A DNA stretch of 64,000 nucleotides. It comes from an uncultured bacterium (GTDB taxonomy: Bacteria > Acidobacteriota > Thermoanaerobaculia > Multivoradales > JAHZIX01). Numbering within the stretch: the stretch's first letter is position 1; every line of letters starts with the position of its first letter. Both the position numbers and the translations under genes were made by a program. This document shows positions 18,957 to 28,700 of the stretch, piece after piece. The notes below the pieces were generated by a model that was given only the letters and a program-made list of their open reading frames with translations, was not told the DNA's origin and did no database searches. The stretch covers positions 416,001 through 480,000 of the forward strand of contig CBDUPA010000002.1 in assembly GCA_965368975.1 (NCBI GenBank). The letters are read 5' to 3'.

Positions 18957-20728
18957 GGTGCCCCCCTGGCACGGACACCACCGGCCAGGACAGTACCGGG
19001 CAGCGGCGGTACCGCGTGGCGAGCGACTTGCTGCTGACCAGGCCACGCGGTGGCTGGTGAGACGTCCGGCGGTACGCCGAGGTAGAGCAGGGAGCGGTGG
19101 ACGATGCGGGCAAAGACGGGTGCCGCCACTTGACCGCCGTAACGTCCGTTGCGCGGCGCATGCAGCACGACGATGCCGGCCACCGCCGGCGCTCCAGCGG
19201 GTGCGAAACCGGCGAAGCTGGCCGAGCGCTTCCAGTCCGAGTAGGCGCCGAGTTCGGTATCGAAGATCTCACCGGTACCCGTTTTGCCGGCGACACGGTA
19301 GCCCGGGATCGCCGCTGCCTTGCCGCCGCCATCGGTGACCACGAGTTCGAGCACCTCCCGCAACTCCTCGACCACGCGCGGCGGTGCCACTCGACGAATC
19401 ACCGTCCGCCAGCCGCGCGGCTCGCGCTCGCCAGCCACCCGGTGCACCACATAGGGGCGCAGCAGGTTGCCGCCGTTGGCCAGCGCCGCAAAGGCGTTGG
19501 CCATCTGCAACGGTGTCACCGACAGGCCCTGGCCGAAGCTCAGGTAGGCCGACTGGTCGGGTGTCCACGACGACACCGGAGCCAGGCTGCCGACCGCCTC
19601 ACCACCCAGGTCGATTCCAGTACGCTCGCCGAAACCGAAGTCGCGAATGGTGCGGTAGAAGTCCGCCTCCTCCATTTGCTGGGCGACCTTGATCATGCCG
19701 ATGTTGCTCGAGTGAGCCATCACTTCTCGAAAGGACAACCAGCCGAAGGGACGGTGGTCGTGAATGGTGAGCAGCGTGCCTCGAGCACCGCGCACGCGGA
19801 TCGAGCCCATCTGACAGTCGATCCGCTCGTCGAGATCCACGGTGTCGCGAGCCCGGGCAGCGGCGGCGGTGACCACCTTGAAGGTCGAGCCCGGCTCATA
19901 GGCGTCGGTGATCGCACGGTTGCGCCAGGCATCCTTCTGCCCTTGGAAAGCGTTGGGGTCGAAGTCCGGGTAGTTGGCCATTGCCAGCACGGCACCGCTA
20001 TTGGGGTCGAGCAACACAACGCTGCCGCTCTCCGCCTGGTGCTCCTCGACGGCTTCGCGTAGCGCCTGCTCGGCGAAAAATTGGATACTGGCGTCGATCG
20101 TCAGGTAGACGTCACTGCCCAGTTCGACGTCGGGCAGGAAGCTGTGCACCGTCTCGCGACGACCGTCACGGACCAGCTGCTTGCGCTTGCCGCGAGGGTC
20201 GCCAGCGAGCACGTCTTCAAGATGAGCTTCGAGCCCTTCCAGGCCCTGGCCGTCAACGCCGGCGAAGCCGAGCACCGGTCCGGCGGACGCCGCCATCGGA
20301 TAATAGCGACGGTACTCCCGCGTCACGTGCACATCCGCCAGCTCGGCAGCGGCGACGCGCTCGGCCACATCCGGCGACACCTGCCGCTGCAGCCAGATGA
20401 AGCGCCCCGCCCCGGACAGCAGCTCTTCCAGCTCGGCCGCCGGCTGCTGCAGGAGCGGCGCAAGGACTTCGGCGGTACCGTGCGCATCCTCGACCTGGGC
20501 GGGATCAGCGAACAGCGAATCGCTCTGCACGGAGATCGCCAGAATGCGCCCGCGTGCATCGTGGACCGTGCCTCGCGGCAGCTGGATTGCCACGAGGCGC
20601 TGCTGCTGGCGCGCGGCACGCTCGGCATAGGCTTCGCGGTCGACCAGCTGCAACTGCACCAAGCGCGCCAGGATCAGCAACGACCACAGGGCGAACAGTA
20701 CCAACACCAGCGCCAGACGGCGGCTCAT
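18953..20728 (-). CDS. ftsI: Class B penicillin-binding protein FtsI/PBP3
   Basis: EPGSTFK (SxxK), HSSN (SxN), GKTGT (KTG); N-terminal TM and RGTVHD motif. Confidence 0.96.
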   Translation of the reverse strand: MSRRLALVLVLFALWSLLILARLVQLQLVDREAYAERAARQQQRLVAIQLPRGTVHDARGRILAISVQSDSLFADPAQVEDAHGTAEVLAPLLQQPAAELEELLSGAGRFIWLQRQVSPDVAERVAAAELADVHVTREYRRYYPMAASAGPVLGFAGVDGQGLEGLEAHLEDVLAGDPRGKRKQLVRDGRRETVHSFLPDVELGSDVYLTIDASIQFFAEQALREAVEEHQAESGSVVLLDPNSGAVLAMANYPDFDPNAFQGQKDAWRNRAITDAYEPGSTFKVVTAAAARARDTVDLDERIDCQMGSIRVRGARGTLLTIHDHRPFGWLSFREVMAHSSNIGMIKVAQQMEEADFYRTIRDFGFGERTGIDLGGEAVGSLAPVSSWTPDQSAYLSFGQGLSVTPLQMANAFAALANGGNLLRPYVVHRVAGEREPRGWRTVIRRVAPPRVVEELREVLELVVTDGGGKAAAIPGYRVAGKTGTGEIFDTELGAYSDWKRSASFAGFAPAGAPAVAGIVVLHAPRNGRYGGQVAAPVFARIVHRSLLYLGVPPDVSPATAWPGQQQVARHAVPPLPGTVLAGGVRARGAP

Positions 20729-21108
20729 GGTGTGGCTCCCATCGACGCGGGCTCGGCGCGACCGTAGCGGTCGGCCGGCATGGTCACCAACTGCTCCGGC
20801 GTCGGCGGCCGCATCCCCAGCAATTCGGTGGCCAGACGCTCCACCCGCCGCGGCGTCGACAACGCCGCCGCCTGCTGATGCAGAGCGCGCTCTTGCTGCT
20901 GCACCTCGTCGAGTTCACGCTGCAGCTCGGTGACGTCGTAGCCCACCTGCCGAATCTGCGCCTGGAGATGGATCTGCGCCAGCAGCAGTGCCACCAACGG
21001 CAGCACCACAACCAGGATCCACCACAGTTCCCGGCGCCGGCGGCGGTCCCGCTGGCGTACCAGGAAGGTGTTGTGCACCTCGCGATCGACGGCGTAGATA
21101 CGACTCAC
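20725..21108 (-). CDS. ftsL: Cell division protein FtsL
   Basis: Basic patch, one TM, coiled coil, RVERLATELLGM. GTG 21108 overlaps the rsmH stop (GTGA). Confidence 0.9.
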   Translation of the reverse strand: MSRIYAVDREVHNTFLVRQRDRRRRRELWWILVVVLPLVALLLAQIHLQAQIRQVGYDVTELQRELDEVQQQERALHQQAAALSTPRRVERLATELLGMRPPTPEQLVTMPADRYGRAEPASMGATP

Positions 21109-22115
21109 AGAGCTCCTTTGCCTCCTGGCAGCCGCTGACCTTCGAGGGCCTCCACGTCGCGACGGCGGGCAGCGCGCAGACGTGCGGAGCGGCACCGCGG
21201 GTTGCGCTCGATTTCCTCTTCCGAGGGGCGGATCGGCTTGCGGGTCAAGGCTTCGATCAGCTGGGTCTCGGCCCGGGCACGGCCGGTCACCATGTCGACT
21301 TCACCCCGCGCCAAGCCGCGCAGCGTGCGCTTGACGATGCGGTCTTCCAGGCTGTGGTACGAGATCATCACCAGCCGTCCGTCGGGCTCGAGCAGGCGCA
21401 GAGTGTCTTCCAGGTACTGCTCCAGACCGGCCAACTCCTGGTTGACCTCAATGCGCAATGCCTGGAACACCTGCGTCGCCGGGTCGATACGCTCTTTCTT
21501 CCAAGCTGGGCGTCGGCCCTTGGCTGCGATGACCGCCTCGCGTAGCTGCTCGGTCGTGGCCAAAGGGGCCTCTTCGCGCGACGCCACGAGCGCCCGCGCG
21601 ATTCGCCGCGCCTGCCTCTCCTCACCGTAGTCGCGAAAGATCCGTTCCAATTCGGCCTCCGAGTAGTGATGGACGATGTCGGCGGCCGTCTGCTCGTCGC
21701 GCGTCCCCATTCGCATGTCGAGGGGGCCGTCGAAACGGAAGCTGAAGCCGCGCCGGGCTGTATCGAGTTGCAACGACGAAACGCCGAGATCCGCGAGCAC
21801 GGCTCGCGGTCGCTCGGGAGAGACACCCTCGGGCGCCGACGTCTTCAAGATGGATTCGAGCTGATGGAAGTTGCCCTCCACCAAGCGCAGCCGATCGCCG
21901 AAGCCCGCCAGCTCCCGCTCGCAGTGAGCCAACGCCTCCGGGTCGCGGTCGATCCCCAGGCAACGTGCCTGGGGGCAAGCTTCGAGCAGGGCTCGCGTGT
22001 GGCCGCCGAGCCCCAATGTGCAATCCACGAACAGCCCGTCGGGCCGCCCATCGAAGGCCGGAATCAACAGGTCCAACGTCTCTTGCAAGAGGACCGGAAT
22101 GTGTTGCGCCGCCAT
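21105..22115 (-). CDS. rsmH: 16S rRNA m4C1402 methyltransferase
   Basis: HIPVLL, DCTLGLGGH, DLGVSSLQLD, GPLDMRM, SYHSLEDR, NPRCRSARLR. Confidence 0.99.
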   Translation of the reverse strand: MAAQHIPVLLQETLDLLIPAFDGRPDGLFVDCTLGLGGHTRALLEACPQARCLGIDRDPEALAHCERELAGFGDRLRLVEGNFHQLESILKTSAPEGVSPERPRAVLADLGVSSLQLDTARRGFSFRFDGPLDMRMGTRDEQTAADIVHHYSEAELERIFRDYGEERQARRIARALVASREEAPLATTEQLREAVIAAKGRRPAWKKERIDPATQVFQALRIEVNQELAGLEQYLEDTLRLLEPDGRLVMISYHSLEDRIVKRTLRGLARGEVDMVTGRARAETQLIEALTRKPIRPSEEEIERNPRCRSARLRAARRRDVEALEGQRLPGGKGAL

Positions 22116-22138
22116 GGCTCACCTTTGCGCTCCGCGCT

Positions 22139-22579
22139 TCAGATGCCATGCTCGTTGAGGACCTGGTAGTCCTCGTCGGTGAAGGGCTCCTCCTCGAGAC
22201 GGGTCTCGATGTGGTCACGATTCCACACCACCAAGTGGTCGAGTTGAGCACTGACCACGACGTCACCGTTCATCCCGGCGCTCTCGCGCAGGAGCTGCGG
22301 CAGCAGCAAACGGCCCTGGCCGTCGAGCTTGACCTGTTGACCGAAGTAGTTCACCCGCTGCAGGAAGCGGCGCCGGGAAGGGTTACTGGCGGGGAGAGCG
22401 GCCAGACGGCCTTCGATCTGCTCCCAGACCTCCAACGGATAGAGCAGCGCGCTGTCACCATGGATGGAAGTGACGAACAGCTCGTCGCCGTAGCGATCGG
22501 ACAGCTGGCGGCGAAAGTCCGTGGGGACTTTCAGTCTGCCTTTGTCGTCGATCTTGGCTGGTGAGCTGCCGCGAAACAT
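22139..22579 (-). CDS. mraZ: dcw cluster transcriptional repressor MraZ
   Basis: Two DxxGR repeats (IDDKGRL, LDGQGRL); first gene of the dcw operon. Confidence 0.98.
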   Translation of the reverse strand: MFRGSSPAKIDDKGRLKVPTDFRRQLSDRYGDELFVTSIHGDSALLYPLEVWEQIEGRLAALPASNPSRRRFLQRVNYFGQQVKLDGQGRLLLPQLLRESAGMNGDVVVSAQLDHLVVWNRDHIETRLEEEPFTDEDYQVLNEHGI

Positions 22580-22703
22580 AATCCGTTACCCGCTGGCGCC
22601 GGCAGGAAGTTGGAAACCCCGCTTCGAGGACGTCGTCTCCGCCCTCCTCTGTGCCTCTACTGATTCCCGTAGACCCGCTGCCCGCGCAGGTTAGAGTTGG
22701 CGC

Positions 22704-22732
22704 AGTCTACCACCGACCCCCACTTTTGTCTA
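22704..22732 (-). promoter_or_regulatory. Sigma70-type promoter of the mraZ/dcw operon
   Basis: Minus strand TAGACA (22732-22727), 17-nt spacer, TAGACT (22709-22704) preceded by TGG (extended -10). Confidence 0.7.
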
Positions 22733-22763
22733 TTTTCTTCCACCCGCGACCACTCTTGACCAC
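22710..22763 (-). promoter_or_regulatory. MraZ-binding direct repeats (GTGG, 10-bp period)
   Basis: CCAC on the + strand at 22710, 22720, 22740, 22750 and 22760. The missing copy at 22730 coincides with the -35 box. Matches known phased MraZ operators. Confidence 0.85.
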
Positions 22764-22789
22764 AAGTACTTCATAAAACCACAGATGCG

Positions 22790-25700
22790 GTGCTCTCGTC
22801 GAGTCGCGTTATGCTGTGCAACCACCCAGTTCGGGCTTCGCAGACGGATGAAAGAGACCTCCAGTTGACCCAAGACAGCTCGTCTCAGCAAGGCTTTCGC
22901 TGTTCGCCGCAGCAACTGCGCGCCTGGCGCACGGCGGCATCCGGCTGTCTACTCGCCGTGCCCTGGCCAGCCTACCGGCCGCGACAGCTGCAGCAGCGGC
23001 TGAACGCCACCGTCGACCGCCACGAAATCCTGCGCACGCGCGTCGAACTGCCGGAGGGTACCGCGGAACCGGAGCAAGTCCTCGACGAGTGCGGCAGCCT
23101 GCACCTCGTGACGCTCGACCTACGGCGACTGAGCGAGGTGGACGCCGAGCAGATGTTGCCACGCCTGCTTGGCGGACGAGCACCGGTCGTGCTGCGAGTC
23201 CCGGGACCGAAGGCACCTCGACTGGTGCTGGCGCTGCCAGCGACGCTCGGCGACCTGCATAGTCTCGAGCTGTGGGCAGCGGAGCTGGGGGCGATGCATG
23301 AGGAAGCGGAAGAGCCGGAAGAGCCGGTCCAGTACGCGGACGTCGCGGAGGTGTTCCAGCAGCTGCTGGAGTCCGAGGAGACGGCGGAGGGACGGTCGTT
23401 CTGGGATGGGAAGGTGGTCGAGGACCAGCTAGCGGAGATGCCGCCCTCACACCCAGGGCACCCACAGGGAGGCGCCCCTACAGCGGGCACCACTCCGGCA
23501 CCTACCACCTCGGCATTGGCGGAATCGACGCTCCTCGCCACCTACCTGCTCTGGCTCCACCACCTCACCGGACGCGTACGACGCACCCTCGCCGTGCGCC
23601 GCGACGGTCGCGGGCACCCCGGGCTCGACACCGCGCTCGGCCCCTTCGCCCGCTACCTGCCACTCACCGTCACCTACCACCCCGACCTTACCTGGACCTC
23701 TTGGGTCGAGCACGTCGAGGCGGAACTGCGCCAGCTCGACGCGCGGCAGGACTACTTCGATCCGGCACGACTGGGCACCAGCGCTGACGAGGCGTATTTT
23801 CTGCCGTTTCGTTTCGACATCGTCCCGGAAGTTCCTGGCTACCAGCCCACTCTGGCGCTCGACCTCGGCGAACCCTGCCACCTGGGCCTGAGCTGCCGCC
23901 GACAAGGTGCCGGCAGGGAAAGAGAAGGAACCTGGGAGACAACCTGGATCCACGATCCACGCATCTATCCACAAGACGAGGCGGACAAGCTGGCGCGCAG
24001 CTTCACCCAGCTACTCGACGCCTGCGTGAGCGCTCCGGCTAGCACTCGGCTGCCGCCCCTCGTCGAGGTTCTCGACGCCGCGACGCTGCCGATCCTCTAC
24101 GAACCGTCCCCGTTGCCGGATCGCATCGTGCCACTGGCTCGACCCGAGCGCGTGCCGGCATCGTTCGCCCAGCAGCGGCTGTGGCTGGTCGATCGCCTGC
24201 ATCCCGGCTCGGCCATCTACAACCTGCCCCAGGCGTCGCGGCTGCGCGGACCGCTGCAGCTCAATCGCTTGCAGGCCGCGCTCGATACGGTCGTACAGCG
24301 GCACGAGTCCCTGCGCACCGTCTTCGAGGAGCACGATGGCGCGCCGTGGCAGCGCATCCTGCCGCCGTACCATCTGCCCTTGCCGATCGTCGACCTCTCT
24401 GCACTGCCCGAGTCGCGACGCTGGCAGCTGGGCCACGTACTGGCGGCGCGCGAGGCGCGGCGCCCCTTCGATCTGCGCCATGACCCCATGCTGCGAGGCT
24501 TGCTGCTACGCCTGCACACGGACGAGAAGCAAGCGAACGACCACGCCCTGCTGCTGACCCTACATCACATCGCCGGCGACGGCTGGTCCTTGCCGATCCT
24601 GCAGCGCGAGATCGCGACGCTCGCGGCCGGCGGTCCGCGGGCGTTGCCACGCCTACACGTCCAGTACGCGGATTTCACCCTCTGGCAGCGCGCACGGCTG
24701 CAGGGAGCTCACCTGCAGACTCTGCTCGACTGGTGGCGCCGGCAGCTGGCCGAGCAACCAGAGTCCCTCTCCTTGCCCTTCGACCACGCACACAAGCGCG
24801 ACCACAAAGGCCGTCCCATCGCCCCGACCCGCGGCGGCAACCATCGCCACGTGCTGTCGCCAGAGCTGGCTGGGGCCCTCCAAGACCTGGCCGCGACCGC
24901 TGGCGCCAGCTACTTCATGGTGCTGCTGGCAGCGCTGCACGCCTGGTTGAGCCGCATCACCGGCCAGCGCCACGTGGCCGTCGGCAGCGCGACCGCCGGC
25001 CGTGACCGCGTCGAGATCGAGGGGTTGATCGGCTTCTTCGTCAACACGCTGGTGCTGCCGGCCGACCTGGGTTCCGGAAGCGGCCCGAGCTGCTGCCGGC
25101 CGAGCTTCCGGGATCTCCTCGGCCAAGCTCGCAACACCGCACTCGAAGCACAGGCTCACGCCGAGATCCCCTTCGAGCGACTGGTCGCCGAGCTGGCTCC
25201 TCGACGCAGTGCCGACGACGCACCGCTGGTGCAAGTCATGCTGGTGGTGCAGAACCTACCCCAGCAAGCCACCTCTGCAACACCAACTTCGGACACTGCC
25301 GGCGGCCTGCGCCTGGAAGGCCTGCCGAGCGATTCCGTGACGGATGAGGCGGACACCAAGCAGGACTTTCCCGCCCGCTTCGACCTGACCCTCACCGCCG
25401 ATGTCCCGGTACCCGGCCAGGGCGGCTGGCTCAGCCTGACCTACCGCCGTTCGCGCTTCGACTCGACCACCGCGCAGCGGTGCTTGGCACAGCTGGTCCA
25501 GATGCTGCGTGCCGCCGTGGCACGCCCGGACACGGCGGTCGCCGAGCTGGCCCTGTTCGATGCCGGCCAACAACACCAGCTGCTACACGAGTGGAGCCAG
25601 CAAGACGGCCCGCGCTTCGATGTCGACCTGCTCGCGGACAGCTCCCGTGGCAGCGGCACGCTGGCGCGCGATTCCACGACGCTGGCGGGGGTGCTGCCCC

Positions 25701-28700
25701 GACAGGTACGGCGCTGGCCCGACGCCATCGCCGTGGTCGACGGCCGGCGCCACCTCAGCTACAACCGCCTTCTCGTCGAAGCCGAGCGGGTCGCGGCTCG
25801 ACTGCACACGCTCGGCCTCCCGACGAACGAGGAAGCGGTCGCGGTCCTCACCGCCGGCCGCCCCGAGCCAGTGGCCCTACTGGCCGTTTACCTGGCGGGC
25901 GCCGCCTTCCTGCCGCTGGACGCCGACCAGCCACCAGCGCGCCTGGCCCGCATCCTCGACGACGCCCGTCCGTGCGCCGCCCTGCTTCCTCCCGGCACCG
26001 AGGACCGACTCCCCTCGGATCCCGAGATTCCGCATCGCCTGGCACTCACTCCCGACAGCTCAGCGAGCGAGCCTGTACTTCGGACGAAGCACGGCACGCC
26101 CCACCCGGACCAGCTGGCCTACGTCATCTACACCTCCGGTACCACCGGCCGCCCCAAGGCCGCCGGCAACACCCACCGCGGCATCTTGCCGTTCCTCGCC
26201 TGGGTGCTGGAAACCTATCCGCTGCGCCGCGGCTGGCGCACGCTACCGCACCTATCTCCCGCCTTCGACGTCGGCTTCCTCGAACTGAGCAGTACCCTGC
26301 TGGCCGGCGGCACCCTGGTGCTCGCGCCTGAGCGCGACCTGCGACGGATGGCGCGTTGGATCGAGCGCTGGAGCATCCAGATCGTGCACGGCACGCCGTC
26401 GTCGCTCACTGAGATCGTCGAGGCGGCGCGACGTGAGCGGCGCAGCCTGCACAGCCTGCGCGTGGTCGACGTCGCCGGGGAGGCCTTCCCGCTGGCGTTG
26501 CAGGAGAAGCTGCAAAGCACGCTCGCACCCGATTGCCGGATCTGGAACCTCTACGGCCCGAGCGAAGCCTCGATCGCCTGCACCGCCTACCTGCTGCCGG
26601 CACACCGACCCGACATCGAGCAAGGCGCACGTGGCAGCGTACCGATCGGCACCGCGCTGGGCAACGCCCGCGTCTTGCTGCTCGATGCTGCCGGACAGCC
26701 GGTGCCGCCCGGGGTCGCTGGGGAACTGTTCGTCGGAGGTGTCGATCTCGGGAACACTGGAACTGGGCTCTCTGAGACGGACTGCACGGGCGTCGGGCGC
26801 GGCTACCTCCGCCGCCCGGCGCGCACCGCCGGCAGCTTCTTGCCCGACGCCTTCTACACTTCCGGCAAAGGCGGCGCGCGCCTCTACCGCACCGGCGACC
26901 TGGTACGCCGCCACGCCGATGGTCGACTCGAGTTTCTCGGCCGCCGCGATCACCAGGTCAAGCTGCGCGGCATCCGGATCGAGATCGGTGAAATCGAAGC
27001 CGCGTTGCACCGCCACCCCAAGGTCGCCGAAGCAGCGGTCGAGCTGCGCCGCGACCTGCCCGGCGGCCCAGCCCTGGTCGCCTTTGTCGTGCCACGCACC
27101 GGGAAGCCGGCGCAGCTCGACAATCCGCGTGCCTTCCTCACGGATCGGCTGCCGGCGGCCATGGTGCCCACTCGCTACCACCACCTCGACGCTCTGCCGC
27201 GCACGCCCAACCGCAAGCTCGACCGCAAGCGGCTCAGGCAGCTCGACCTCGGGCAGATCGACCTCGGGCCCGGACGTAGCGCGCATTCACGGCGCCCCAC
27301 GCTCGACGCGGAGCAAGATCCCCTGCTGGCGACGATCCGCGACGTCTGGGCCACCGTACTGGAGCAGTCCGCGGCATCCATCTCACCGACCGATGACTTC
27401 TTCCAGCTCGGCGGGCACTCGCTGCTCGCCACCCGCGTCGTTGGGCGCCTGCACGAATGCCTGGGCGTCGACCTGCCCTTGCGCTCGATGTTCGACCATC
27501 CAACACTGGAGGCTCTCTCAAAACTAGTAGGAACCAAGCTCAACAAAGACGGACATGGCCAGGAGAGCATCGGCACATCTCTTCCCGCTATCGAGCCCCG
27601 ACCCGACCTTCTAGAGGCCCCGCTGTCCCTTGCGCAGCAGCGCCTGTGGTTCCTCGACCAGCTCGAGCCCGGCGATCCCGCATACAACCTGCCTTCGGCC
27701 CTGCGGCTGCGCGGCCCCTTGAACGTCGAGCGCCTGACCCTTGCCCTGACCCACATATGTGCGCGCCACACCAGCCTGCGCACAGTCTTTCTGAGAGACT
27801 TGAGCAATCTAGAAGACCTCGTCGAGGCAGGCGGAGGCATACCCGCGAAACAGGTCGTCCAGCCCGTGCATCGTCGATCCTTTCCCGTGGTCGACCTGGA
27901 ACGCTTGGCACCGGCGACCCGGCCCCTGGCGCAGCAGCTAATCCTCCAGGAAACCAGCAGACCCTTCGACCTGCGGCACGGCCCCGTGCTGCGCGCCCTG
28001 CTGCTGCGACTCGGGCCGCGCGATCACGCGCTGGTGATCAACCAGCATCACATCGTCTCCGACGGCTGGTCGATGGGCATCCTGACCTCCGAGTTGACCG
28101 CGCTCTACGCCGCCGGCTCCCCGGAAGCGGCACAGCTACCAACTTTGCCGGTGCAGTACACCGACTACGCACGCTGGCAACACGAGCAACTCGGCAAGGC
28201 GGTGCTGCAACGTGACCTCGAGTATTGGCGGCAACGCCTGGACGGTGCACCCGAGCGCTTGCAACTTCCATTCGACCGCCCTCCCCAGGCGCGACCCAGA
28301 CGCGGCGGCGCCACCGTGCCCGTGCGCATCGCGGCCGACGTCGTGGAGACGTTGCACCCCCTCGGCCGCGAGACGAGCGCCACGCTCTTCATGACGCTAC
28401 TGGCCGCCTTCCAAACCTTGTTGGCGCGGCACATCTGCACCGATCACCGCGACACTGATTACAGCGACACTGATTACAGCGACACTGATTACAGCGACAC
28501 TGATCACAGCGACACTAGCCACATCGGTATTGGCGCCAGCACCGCACCACGCTGGGACGTCAGCGTCGGCACACCGCTCGCCGGACGCGCCCGCCCGGAA
28601 CTCGAAGCCTTGATCGGCTTTTTCGTCAGCACCTTGGTGCTACGGGCTCGCCCCCGACCCCGCGAGGGCTTCGTCGAGTTGCTGCGGCGCGTGCGCGACC

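Noticed and set aside
28436-28525. Possible CRISPR array
   Set aside because: The 15-nt units are contiguous with no spacers, in frame within a CDS, and there are no cas genes.
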